Translations under genes and position numbers: made by a program
Source of the DNA: Felis catus
Lineage: Eukaryota
DNA: 60,000 bases
Direction: 5' to 3'
Assembly: GCF_018350175.1 (NCBI RefSeq)
Contig: NC_058383.1
Location: forward strand, 6,202,001 to 6,262,000
Shown: positions 10,601 through 22,600 of the stretch, piece by piece
Numbering within the stretch: the first letter of the stretch is position 1
Layout: each line of letters opens with the position of its first letter
The notes under the pieces: generated by a model
Seen by the model: only the letters and a program-made list of their open reading frames with translations
What the model was told of the DNA's origin: nothing
Database searches by the model: none

Positions 10601-13600
10601 AGAGAAGTCTGATCTAGTCCATCTGCTTTATTTTAGAGCTCAAAGGATTTACATAGTTTTAAAATTCTGGGAAACTGCCTAGAATTTTACTTGCCAAAAC
10701 TGTAACAAGGAGTTTGCAAGAGCTGTTTACTGGGTTTTCTCTAACTGTCTGACTTTTTGTTTTTGCCTGTTTGTGTTCTGTTTCACAGGACGTGGAGATT
10801 GACATTGAGCTGGCCCCGGGAGACCAGACCAGCACGCCCAAAACCAAAGAGCTTTCTGAAAAGGACATCGGGAACCAACTGCACATGTTAACCAACAGAC
10901 ACGACAAATTCCTTGACACTCTCCGGGAGGTGAAGGTCTGTGTGGCTTCCGAGGGATGGTGGTGGTCTTCTCCCCTGAATATTTTGAATCCTAGAGCAGG
11001 ATTACCCCACGGCAGTGTGAAGTTTTCTTCTACAAATTAGACGTATTTTCTCACTTTTCTCAGTTGACGCTATCGTAATTCTGTGAGACCAAAGTGGATA
11101 TTCTGTGTAAAGATTTGAGGAAGGAATTAGAGTATCTTGTGGGAGAAAATCATTTTCCCACTGCTGTCCCTTGAAAGGATGAAATTGTTTACTAAAAATA
11201 TAAGATGAGACACTGCTGAATTATTTTTCAAATGCAATAAAAAGAAGATGAGAATAGGTTAACGTGGTAAATGAAGTTCACTTTGTAGGGAGAGGTCCTC
11301 CAGACGCACCTTTTGTTTTTTGTTTTCTGGGTTTTTTTGAGAGAAAGCACAAGTTGGGGAGATGCAGAGAGACAGGGAGAGAAAGAATCCCAAGCCGGCT
11401 CTGGGTCAGCACAGAACCCTACGTGGGGTTCCATCGATCTCATGACCTGAGCCGAAATTAAGACTCGGACCCTTGGGGCGCCTGGGTGGCGCAGTCGGTT
11501 AAGCGTCCGACTTCAGCCAGGTCACGATCTCGCGGTCCGTGAGTTCGAGCCCCGCGTCGGGCTCTGGGCTGATGGCTCAGAGCCTGGAGCCTGTTTCCGT
11601 TTCTGTGTCTCCCTCTCTCTCTGCCCCTCGCCCGTTCATGCTCTGTCTCTCTCTGTCCCAAAAATAAATAAACGTTGAAAAAAAAAAAAATTAAAAAAAA
11701 AAAAAAAAAAAAAGACTTGGACCCTCAACCGACTGAGCCACCCAGGCGCCCCCAAATGCATCTGTTTTGGGATATAGCCAGCTAGAAGCTTTTTGACTTC
11801 CTCAGACTCTTAGGTTAATTATAGAAGTGATGATTTTTAGTTAAAGACTACAAGAATTGGTTAAGGCCAATACACCAAGTTGTTTTTGAAGAGTGTTACA
11901 AAGAACCAGCGATGATTCTGTTCAAATCAAGACCTAGGTGAAAAAAGCTAGAAACAAACTACTTGTCACAGATAATTTGTACATTTAAAATTCTCTGGTA
12001 ACCCATTCTGTATTTTTGTGCGTTAAATCAAACTTTAATTTGCATCTGAGTGATCATTGTGTTTATGTGTGGATAAACATAACACTTCGTCTTCCTGTGC
12101 ACAGAACGGAAGCAGAGCATTCTTCCATGTAGATGACACACTTTTGTTCACAACTGAAGACTTAATAGGCCCCTGTCCCTCCTGTCATTTCTGCTGGAAA
12201 GAAGGGTGGTGGGTCAGTGCCCCCAAACCCAAAGGCCTTTCTTGGCTGACAGTCGCCATGATAAGTCACCATGTAGATACTGACCCATTGGTTGCTTTGG
12301 CATAAGTTTAATGATCAGCTCATTGCGAAAGATCAGAGTACATTTTAGCAGTTCGTGTAACTGAATGAAACAGACAAGAGTACCAGCCCCGTGGGGCTCC
12401 TGTTCTACTGGGGGAAATAATAAACAGAGGCAAAATCGGTGTGGCTGTGTGGGCTGGTGAGTGCTGTGGAGAACAGTGAAAGCCACCAGGAGGCTTCAGA
12501 AGTCGGAGTGGCGTTCATGTTATTTTATCACGTGTTTATGGAAGTTACTTTTCATATTTCTGGTTTTTGTAGAGCAAGGTGGGGTTATAAGTCACTGCAT
12601 TTGTAAGTCTATTTGACCTTGACATTTTCCTTCCCGAGGCCCCTCCACCCGTGAAGTGGTCAGGGGCCAGTCGGTGCCTCCAGACAGTTTGTTTCTAAGT
12701 CCAGAGGGACTAGGAGGCACGTGAATGGGTCGGGTCCTTCATGGAACCAGGCGCTCCTGCCCTCTTCTCTGCCCTGGGCATCTTGTCCCAGAATTGGCCG
12801 TCTTCCTCCCTCTGAGAAACGTGTTGACGCCAGTGTCCCCTCCTGTCCTCCTTGGCGTTGGCAGAGCCACCACAGCCTCTCCGTGACAGTGTGTGAATGA
12901 GTACAGGCCGGGGACCTGCGGAATCCCCAACTCACGGCTCGAGATGAGCAGCAGGTGTGTGAACACGTGTGGCCCTTCGGCGCTCCGGTCTCTGCTAGAT
13001 TGACTTGGAGGCAGGAGGCCCCCGAGGCCGGGGAGGAGGGGGCAGCCACCGAGGTCCTCCGTGGTCGTTTCATCTCCGTCTGCCTCACGGGGCAGCCCGA
13101 GTACCAAACCGGAGCATTCTTCACTTATTAAATGTTTTCACCCATGTTCTTTGAAATGTTTGTAGCTTTGCTTTCTGCATTTTTAGTAGATGTGGACATG
13201 AGGGTGATTTCCCTTCCTCGGTTTGCTGTTGGAGAAAGGAGAGCCTGGTCATGACGCATGTGTCCCTGAAGCCCTGTCTCTGTGGGGAGGTGTGCCCCAT
13301 GGGCCCAGTGGGCTTCCAGCAGGCTTGAAACCTGCCTGGTTGTAGGAAATATCGGCAGCCGATTCAGACTTTGAAAACCAGCAAAGCTGTGGACAAAGTC
13401 AGAGGCATCTGTGGATTTGATTCACCATCCGGGCTTTTAGTTCCTGACCCTGGCTCTTTCCATCTCGCCGGCCGTCAGCTGCAGACACTCTGGATCTTCA
13501 GTTCTTGATCTGTTCTGCAGAATTGTACTCTTTGGCCAAGAACTTCCCTTCTATGCATGTGCTCCTCCTCTTTTCCTCTTTCATGTTTCCAGCTTTGATG

Positions 13601-16600
13601 GAGTCCCTGTGCCTCTTGTTAACCCATCCGTGTCAGCATTGCGTTTATACTTCTTGGACGTGGTGGAACCATGTTAGAAAATGCCCTTAAAAGTTAGAAA
13701 ATGCCCTAAAAGTCAACAAATGTAGAGGCGCCTGGGTGGCTCAGTCGGTTAAGCATTTGCCTTCCACTCAGGTCATGATCTCATGGTTCGTGAGTTTGAG
13801 CCCCTAATATCAAGCTCTCTGTCAGTTCAGAGCCTAGAGCCTGCTTTGGATCCTGTCTCCTTGTCTCTGCTTCTCCCCCCACGTGTGCACGCTCACTCTC
13901 TCAATAATAAACATTTAAAAGAAGTTAAAAATATGTAGGCACGTCACTGACTCCTAAGCACCCATGGGTTCCTCATGCTCAGAATCTGTGTTTATGCTCT
14001 GCTGTGACGCTTGATCTTTGAAAATTTGACAGTGGATAAGTGTCTGATAAAGCATGAGACAGCAGAGATAGCAGTATCTTGGGCGTGGACATGAGACCCC
14101 CTGTGTGGTTACATGGACCTTTGTTCTTTCCGTAGACGGGAGCACTGCTCAGCGCTTTTGTCCAGCTCTGTCACATTTCCACAACACTGGCAGAAAAGAC
14201 GTGGGTCCAGCTTTTTCCCAGATTGTGGAAAATCCTGTCCGACAGACAGCAGCACGTAAGTCTGTCTTACATCCTGTTTTGGAAGATGTGGTTTTCGGTG
14301 TTGATAAATCTCGGTGAAAGAAAACAATCTTGGCTCAGTTTCAAGGGATGAGGCAACCACGCCCCATTCACTACTGGTGAATCCTCCCCAAATGTTGTCA
14401 GATGCTGTGTAAGAGAGCGAAGACCTCAGTTGACGTGTGCTTCGCTTGTAGGCTCTGGCTGGTGAGATCAGCCCGTTCCTGTGCAGCGGCAGCCACCAGG
14501 TGCAGCGGGATTGTCAGCCCAGCGCGCTGAACTGCTTCGTCGAGGCCATGTCCCAGTGTGTCCCCCCAATTCCCATCAGGCCCTGCGTTCTGAAGTATTT
14601 GGGGAAGACACACAACCTCTGGTTCCGGTCCACGTTAATGCTGGAGCACCAGGCTTTTGAGAAAGGTCTGAGTCTGCAGATTAAGCCGAAGCAAACCACG
14701 GAATTTTATGAGCAGGAGAGCATAACTCCACCCCAGCAGGTGAGGCCCACCTTGTCTTCTGGGTCACGTCTTCCTGGCCTGGGGCCTCACGGTTTCAGTA
14801 AGCCTCTCCCGAGCGATTTTAAGTTACAGCCCAGTGACGTTGCTTTATTGGGAGGAAGAGGAAAGGTTTTTATCAGGAGCACTCAAGAAACCATGCTCTG
14901 TTTTCAGGAGATCCTGGACTCCCTGGCTGAACTGTACTCTCTGTTACAAGAGGAAGATATGTGGGCTGGTTTGTGGCAGAAGCGTTGCAAGTATTCAGAG
15001 ACGGCGACTGCCATTGCTTACGAGCAGCACGGATTCTTTGAGCAGGTAGCCACCACCCAGTGTCCAATGAGCTGGCCGAGCCGCATGGAGGAGGAGAGGT
15101 GGTTTCTAACATTGTCAAGTCAGAGTTCACGTTCAATAAGTTCACGTGTTTATTTGAAACATTTACCCTGCGTAGAAAGGCCTTCTGATTGAAATCTCAG
15201 TTGAAGAGAAACACACATACATGACACGAACATTTTTGAAACTTAGTCCACGATCCTTTACCGTTAGTTGCTAACATGGATGCTTTTTATCTGCAGTCAG
15301 TGGTCCTGTTGGAAGTGGCAGGTAGATTACATTCAGTGTTGAAATCTTAGTTCTCGTGTTTGTCCTTTGTATGTAGCCTGGGTCGCTGTCCCGGGATATG
15401 GCTCTCAGCCTTGTGTAGGACACTGAGCCGCAGAAACTCCAGAACGGGCACGAGCTTTGGGCTCTGCTGTCCTCACTGAGGGACAGAGAGATTCATCCTG
15501 GGGCTCGGCGGTCTCTACACTGTCTGTTGTGACGGGCGAGGGGGCGGGAGGTACGGGGGCCATCCCTGTTCCCTGTGCACGTAGAGCCTCTCGGGTGGCA
15601 GTGATCTTAGAGAAGAGCTTAGGGCACCCCCAGGCCTGAGATCCAGGTTGTCCTAAATAATTGAGAGCATGATTAACTTCTCCAGGCGCAAGAATCTTAC
15701 GAGAAGGCAATGGACAAAGCCAAGAAGGAGCATGAGAGGAGTAACGCGTCCCCTGCTATCTTCCCAGAGTACCAGCTTTGGGAGGACCACTGGATTCGGT
15801 ACGCCAGCATGCTTGATGCATTCAGGAGTCCGTGAAGAGATCCAGTAAAAAAAAGTCTCTGAAATTTCCTCACGTGTGTTTTTAAAAGGGGACTTCGCTA
15901 CTTTCGCTATGGCCTTATTATGAAGAAAGGAACAACTTCTTCCAGTTCTCCGAGCTCTCCGCTGTGTTGTGGTGGGCAGCTGGTGTTCTGGGGGAGCTGT
16001 TATTTCAGAGAGCGGGTGGCTCACTGCCATGGGCACCTCGGGGGAAAATTTGCTCTGGGGGGAAAATTTCTGTTTTCTTCTGTGGAATGGCAACAAACGA
16101 CTTAATGTCTCGTCTCCTGCCCTGTCTCAGTCTGCAAGTGTGTTGGTAACTGACCTTGTGCTCTTGAATCCCTGGTCTTCTAGGTGCTCGAAGGAGTTGA
16201 ACCAATGGGAAGCCTTGACGGAGTATGGCCAGTCCAAAGGGCACATAAACCCTTACCTCGTCCTCGAGTGTGCTTGGCGGGTATCCAACTGGACCGCCAT
16301 GAAGGAGGCACTGGTGCAGGTGAGGCCACTTTCCTGCTGCCTGATAACTCGCTGGGCCCAGATTATGTTCTCCACAGCCGCGTGGGTCCCTTCCACAAAG
16401 CCCTCAGTCTCTAGAGTGTTCTCTTCACTTAGAACAAACTGGGCATCTTGGCAGATGAAAAATAGCACTTGGGAAGCAGGCATTATTTTTGGTCGTCTCT
16501 AACCCCTTTCCCGGATCGGTTCCATCTAGGCGTTAGATTAAGTAGTAGTCCGTCGAGGCGGACTTGGTGCAGAAGCACGGCTGGAAGTGCAGGCAGCAAG

Positions 16601-19600
16601 GGCGCATCCCGGGCCGGGCCTGGCGGTAAGGTCTGCTGAGTGATGTGGTGTTACAAAGCGTGTTCTGTGTCGCACGAGTGAAAGCAGCGTAGCGTAACGG
16701 AACTTGAGTCATTAAGTTGGTTGAGCCCCACTTCTTTTTTTAAGTTTATTTTGAGAGACAGTGGGTACACAAGTGCAGGGAAGGGGCAGAAAGAGAGGGA
16801 GAGAGAGAATCTCAAGCAGACTCCATGCTGTCAGTGCAGAGCCTGACACAGGGCTGGATGCTGGGAACTGTGAGGTCATGACCTGAGAGTCGGATGCTTA
16901 ACCAGCTGAGCCACCCAGGTGTGCCCTGAGCTCCACATTTTTTAAGATGAAGCTCCATCCAGCAGAACTGAGTACCCAGCGGGAAAGTGGGCACAGAGGT
17001 GCAGCTCCCTCTCTCTCCACTGGGGGAGATAAGGCCCCGAAAGCTGCAGTATTGCGCGGTATGACTCTGTGTCATCTGGACCTCACGTTAGGCAGTCCTC
17101 GGATGCAGCTGTTCTTTTTGCTCCTCACTTGTCATCTGGGCCCTTCCTCCTGTTCCCCTTTGGCCTCCTTCCCTGCTCCTCCTCGGCTCTCCACCTTTTC
17201 CCTGTGACGTTCATGCTTGGGGTTGAGCTGAAGGAAGTGCTACCGTCCTGTCCTCACCTGCCCTTCTACCCAGTAGGGTTTAGTTACATCCACACCACTG
17301 ATTTTACTCTTCTCTTGTCATTTGGAGACGGCAAGAGCACGTGGGATTATGGGGCTGCTTTCTCGCAAATGAGTCCAGAATTTTAACCTGTATTGTGGTT
17401 ACTGTGGTTCCTGATGTTACTCTTTAACAAACATGTAGAAGGTCATGGAAGTGAGATGGTCACAGACTGTGTGAACAGGGCTTGACTTTGGGGTTGGGAT
17501 CTGGAAATTGCTCATCTGATGCAGGGAGTTTGTTACTCCCAGAGATGACCAGTCTCGTGTTGTGGGTAAAATACAGATTTTTTTTTTTTTTCTGACAAAA
17601 TGTATTTACGTTCTACTGAGTAAATATTTATAGCTCGATCTGATGTTTCCTTTTTACTCCCTTCCCAGGGTTTCACTTAGCCAAATACACGCAGCGTCGT
17701 GCTATCCATAATCTGATCAGTGAATTTCTTCTTTCAGAAGCACTTGATAATTTTCCAAAGACTTGTATACAAGGCACATGCTGATTAGGAAAAAGCTCAA
17801 AGTATGTGAATAAACATTCTTAGGAGTCTGCAATAAATTCAAGTAGTCTTCATAGTCCAAAATTATTTACTCATTTACTAATACTTAAAGGAAAAAAATC
17901 AAATGACTCTGTTTTCGTTCCTGTGCATTGTGATTCCAGGGCTGCTTGCAGAAGTGCCATTATTTCTTGGTTTGGTTTAATAAACGGCATAGGAAACAGA
18001 AGAGATGCCTGTGTTCTTGGTTTACAGAGGATAAGTGTGGTGATTGACAAAAGCCCATCTTCTTGAATAGTGTTTAAGTCCAGAAAATGTGAGGTCGGTG
18101 TGATTTTAGAGGATTGTATTAGAAGCACATGTTTTGACAAGTCTGTCTTCCTGAATTTCTTCCATCATTGGGTTATTGAGATCAAGAGAGGCTGTGAATG
18201 TGAACGTGCTTGAAGAAGTGAGGTGTCAGAAAAAACAAGCCAGAGAGTTCTATGAATGCAGGATGGCGCTGTCTTCACCATCCTCATCATACTTACGTGA
18301 TTTAGTAAAAGGCGAAAGATTTATTCGATCTGAAGAGAAACCAGAGTATGATACTTACGTGATTTAGATGGTATTAGGGCACTAAAATGTGTATCGTGTT
18401 TATTTGCTAAAGATGCTTCAGAATGAATGTTATGTTGGTCTCACATCAAATCCTATAAAATACCTTCAACAGAGAGATGCTTTCTTCTTAACACACAGAG
18501 ATTATTTTGAAAAGACCTTAATTTTTTTATCATTTGTGTTTTTAAATGCTCTGTAAGAGACTGATCAAATGAGACAAGTTGTAATGCTTTCTTCAGCAGG
18601 TGGTTGGCAAATAGAGCTTTTGAGGGCAGAAAGGGGAGCATGTGGAGCCTTTACGTGGCTCTGAGCCATGTGGGGGGGGGGGGGCGGGTCAGAGCCAACG
18701 AGAGGAAATGTGACCGCTCTGGGCTCAGTCTGCTTCATAATAGAACTGATAACTAAGATAGAAGAAATCTAGGGGAAATTAAGTGACAGTGAAATTTATG
18801 AGTGTTTTCTCATATTCCTAACCTAAACCATTGACTTTTGCTTCCTTCTATAACATGGAACAAGTTAGATTAGTTTCTCAGGCTAACAGTTACGAACTGG
18901 AAACAATTCAAAATTATATCGATCCGAGTGGAGGTGAACGTGTATTTAATATTTTGGAAATTCTCTGGCTGACTTTGTAGCCGAGTGGTGGTCGTTAATC
19001 TTTTCTATCACAACAGCGATCAGTTTCCCTCTTTTTTGGAATCACTAATGACCTTAAAGCGAGGACCCTATAGAGACTTGGCTGCTCACTGGTTTTGGGA
19101 AAAGGAGAGTATCTAGGAAATGCAATCTACATGCCTGACTTCTGAAAAGAAAAGAAGCATCTATTCGTGGCTCAATGTGTGTTTATCTCCTTGTAAAATT
19201 GGCTCCCAAACAATCGGCCTACCATGTTGACCCTTCACACTGAAAGGAAGTTTGCCCATTGCATCCACGCACTGTGTTTTCACCACCAGGTGGAAGTAAG
19301 TTGCCCCAAAGAGATGGCTTGGAAGGTCAACATGTACCGCGGGTACCTGGCTATCTGCCACCCCGAGGAGCAGCAGCTCAGCTTCATCGAGCGCCTGGTG
19401 GAGATGGCCAGCAGCTTGGCCATCCGCGAGTGGCGGCGGCTACCGCACGTGGTGTCGCACGTGCACACACCTCTTCTCCAGGTGGGTACACGCGTGTCCT
19501 CGGGCAGTCTCGGGGGCCGTCACAGCAGGCCACCCCCTGGCCAGGCTTAGGTCCGTAAACTGACCTGGATGACCGAGAGGAAGATCCTCTCACCTGTCCT

Positions 19601-22600
19601 GTCCTGTCTCATTCAAGCTGGTCCTCAGCGAAAGGAAGGCCAGAGTCTGAATCCTGAGGGATGAAATGTGGCTTCTCTTTTGGGAGCTTCTGTGGGCTGT
19701 AAATGACAGATGACATCCCACGAGTGACTTTGAGGATTCTTAATTTTGCTCTGGGCATTTTCTTTCACGTCCCCTGTGCCACCATCAATGTGTGATGCCA
19801 CTGCGCAGCCTAAAAAGTCCTGTGTCCTCAGAGACCCTTAAGATTGCCGGTCTAGCCTGTGCCTTAGCCTCTTCCTCTGTGGGTCATCTCCCTGTTGCTG
19901 ACAGTGTGTTCCAGCCACACAGGCCACCTGTTCAGCTGCTCAGCTCTGACGCAGTCTCTCCCCACTCTCCCCACAGCCCCTCACATGTGCTGCTTCTCTC
20001 CATAGAACCCCCTTCTTCCCACCCCTCTGGCTGCCCTTGAGGCTCTGTATAAGCAGGAAGTGACAGCTAAGGCAGGACTGAAAATCGCCTGGTTGAGTGT
20101 CAAATGCATGCCAGGGCAGGCCCACGGCCCCTCAGCAAAGGCCGAGAGACTTAACTGGTTCTGGTCTTTGGGGAAATCTCTGGTTAACTAGCTGACCACA
20201 GAGCTAACTGAGCAGAGACTTAAGTGGGTGCATTTTACAAATAATATAGAATTTAGTGTACCAACGTACTTACCATAGTAGGGATTCCAGGAGGAATGAA
20301 GCCAGAAAAGGGGCTGATGGGGCATTTGAAGAAATAAGGGCTGAAAACTGCCCAAGTTTGATAAGGAACCCAATTTCATTTACAAAGGAGATGTACAGAT
20401 GATCTTACAAGCAAGGGAACAGCTGCTCAGCATCATCAGTCATTAGGAAAACGCAAATCAAAACCATGGCAAGATACTATTTCACACCAACTAGGATAAA
20501 AAAAGACAGTAACATGTTGGTGAGGATGTGGAGGAATTAGAACCCACGTTATACTGCTGGTGGGATTATAAAATAGCCTGGAAACAGTCTGCCGGTTCTT
20601 CAGAATGTGAAGTGTAGAATGACCGTACGACAGCAGTTTCAATCCTAGAGAAATTAAAACACAACCACACAAATGCTTGTACGCCGATGTTCCCAGCAGC
20701 ATAGTGTACATTAAATAGCCAAAATGTGGAAACTAGCCATGTGATCCTCCACTGACGAGTAGATAAAAAGTGGCGTGTCTGGGCAGTATGAAGGAGTGGA
20801 GTCCTGGTACAGGTGGGTGAGCCTTAGAAATACCCTGAGTGAAGAAGCCAGGCACAGAAGGCCATATGCCGTCTAACTCCACTTCCAAGAAGGGCCCAGG
20901 ATAGGGCACTCCACGGAGACAGAGCAGGCCAGTGATTGTCACCTTCGTGGGGAGGAAGGATGCATGGAGGCCGCTGAACGGGTCCAGGGCCGCTGTGGGG
21001 AGTGATGAGAATGTTCCATACTTAGGTGGTGTTGATGGTTCTACAGTGCTGAGAATATATTAAAAACTACTGAACCGAAAACTTGAGTGATTTCAGTGAT
21101 ATTTTAATTGTATGTCTGTAAAGCTGTTGTAAAAGAAATACCCCACTGTTGGGTTTCTGGTGAGCTTTTGGTGAGAGGGAGGTTTCAGGACACTGAAGGC
21201 AATGCCCTGAACTTGAGGTGCAGATAGAGAGCAGAGATTCATGCAGGCAGTGTCTTCCACTAAGCTCAGTCAACGAGATAGCAGGTGCCAAGCCTAGTGC
21301 CATGTTGGCGAGGATGTAACACTTTTGAAACAAAAATTCTGCCCCAGAGGAGCATCCAGCTGGAGAGAGAGGACAGCCATAAGAAGCAAAACTTAAAACA
21401 AGAATTCAGTGCCGTGTGGTAGGACAGGGAGTAAACACAGGATTTAGAGAAGGGAGAAATCCCTGTGGGAGGGAGTAGAACCTTCCAGGTAGGATTTAGA
21501 TAGGATCGGGATTGTGCCAGGGCATTTCCAGAAGTTTGGAGCCAGCAACTCATCAGGGTGTGAAGGGCAATGAATTGGACAGACCCACGAGAGACATGAC
21601 TGAAGATGTATGTGCCAGCCCAAAGGGATCACCTGTGAATCCTGTTTTCAGATGCATGGTGTGGCTCTGGGTTTAAGTTGCTGGAAGGAGGGCCTGAGGG
21701 CAGGGGGCCAGGCTGCTGTGGTCTGAGCTCGGTAGGAGAGCCACACTTCGTTGGTGGCAGAGGGAATGGGAAAGAACTAGTGTGGGGGGACTGCCGTTAG
21801 CAAGGTGTGCTGCCCACACCACTGTCGTCCCTCTCCTATCGCAGTAGCCGCAGAGCTGAGCTTTTAAAAGTGGGGGGGAGCACAAGAGCACACTTCGGGG
21901 TGAAGAGTAAGTGAAGCGTGGCCTTGAGGTGTCTGTACGAGCTGGAGAGCTTCCTCGGTGAGTCGTGAGAGCCTGACAGTCGTTGGATTGCTGAAGGGCT
22001 CTGGTTTATGTTCCTCATCTGCTCTTTAATGCTTACCGTGGAATCCCTTCTGCCGGTCCCATTCAGGCAGCCCAGCAAATCATTGAACTTCAGGAAGCTG
22101 CACAAATAAACGCAGGCTTGCAGCCGACCAACCTGGGCCGGAACAATAGCCTACATGACATGAAGACGGTGGTGAAGACTTGGAGGAACCGGCTGCCCAT
22201 CGTGTCTGATGACTTGTCCCACTGGAGCAGCGTGTTCATGTGGAGGCAGCATCATTACCAGGGTAAACCTACCTGGTCCGGCATGCATTCATCATGTAAT
22301 TTTCCAGACACCCCACTGTTCTGGTTTCATGTCTTGGTTTTGTCGTGGTTTTTTTCTTTTACCAGATTTTCTATTTTCTGGCAGGTGGGGCAGTAGGTGG
22401 TGGTTGGTATGGCAAGGGTAGAGGTGAAGGCAGTGAAAGGTGGGGAGATTTCCCCACCCTGTTAACACTTTGCTGGCACAGGGGCTGCTGGGGTGCAGGC
22501 CGGGGGGTCGGAGCTCCGGGGTGTGGCGCTCGTTGTGAAGGTGCCCGAGGAAGAACCACTGGAAGGCGGCCGTGTGGAGGCTTCTCCAGTTTTCCTGGGC

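Noticed and set aside
20188..20379. Peptide [13 protein letters not shown], echoed at 55238-55462
   Set aside because: Both are antisense translations of the same L1 ORF1 region, not a gene duplication
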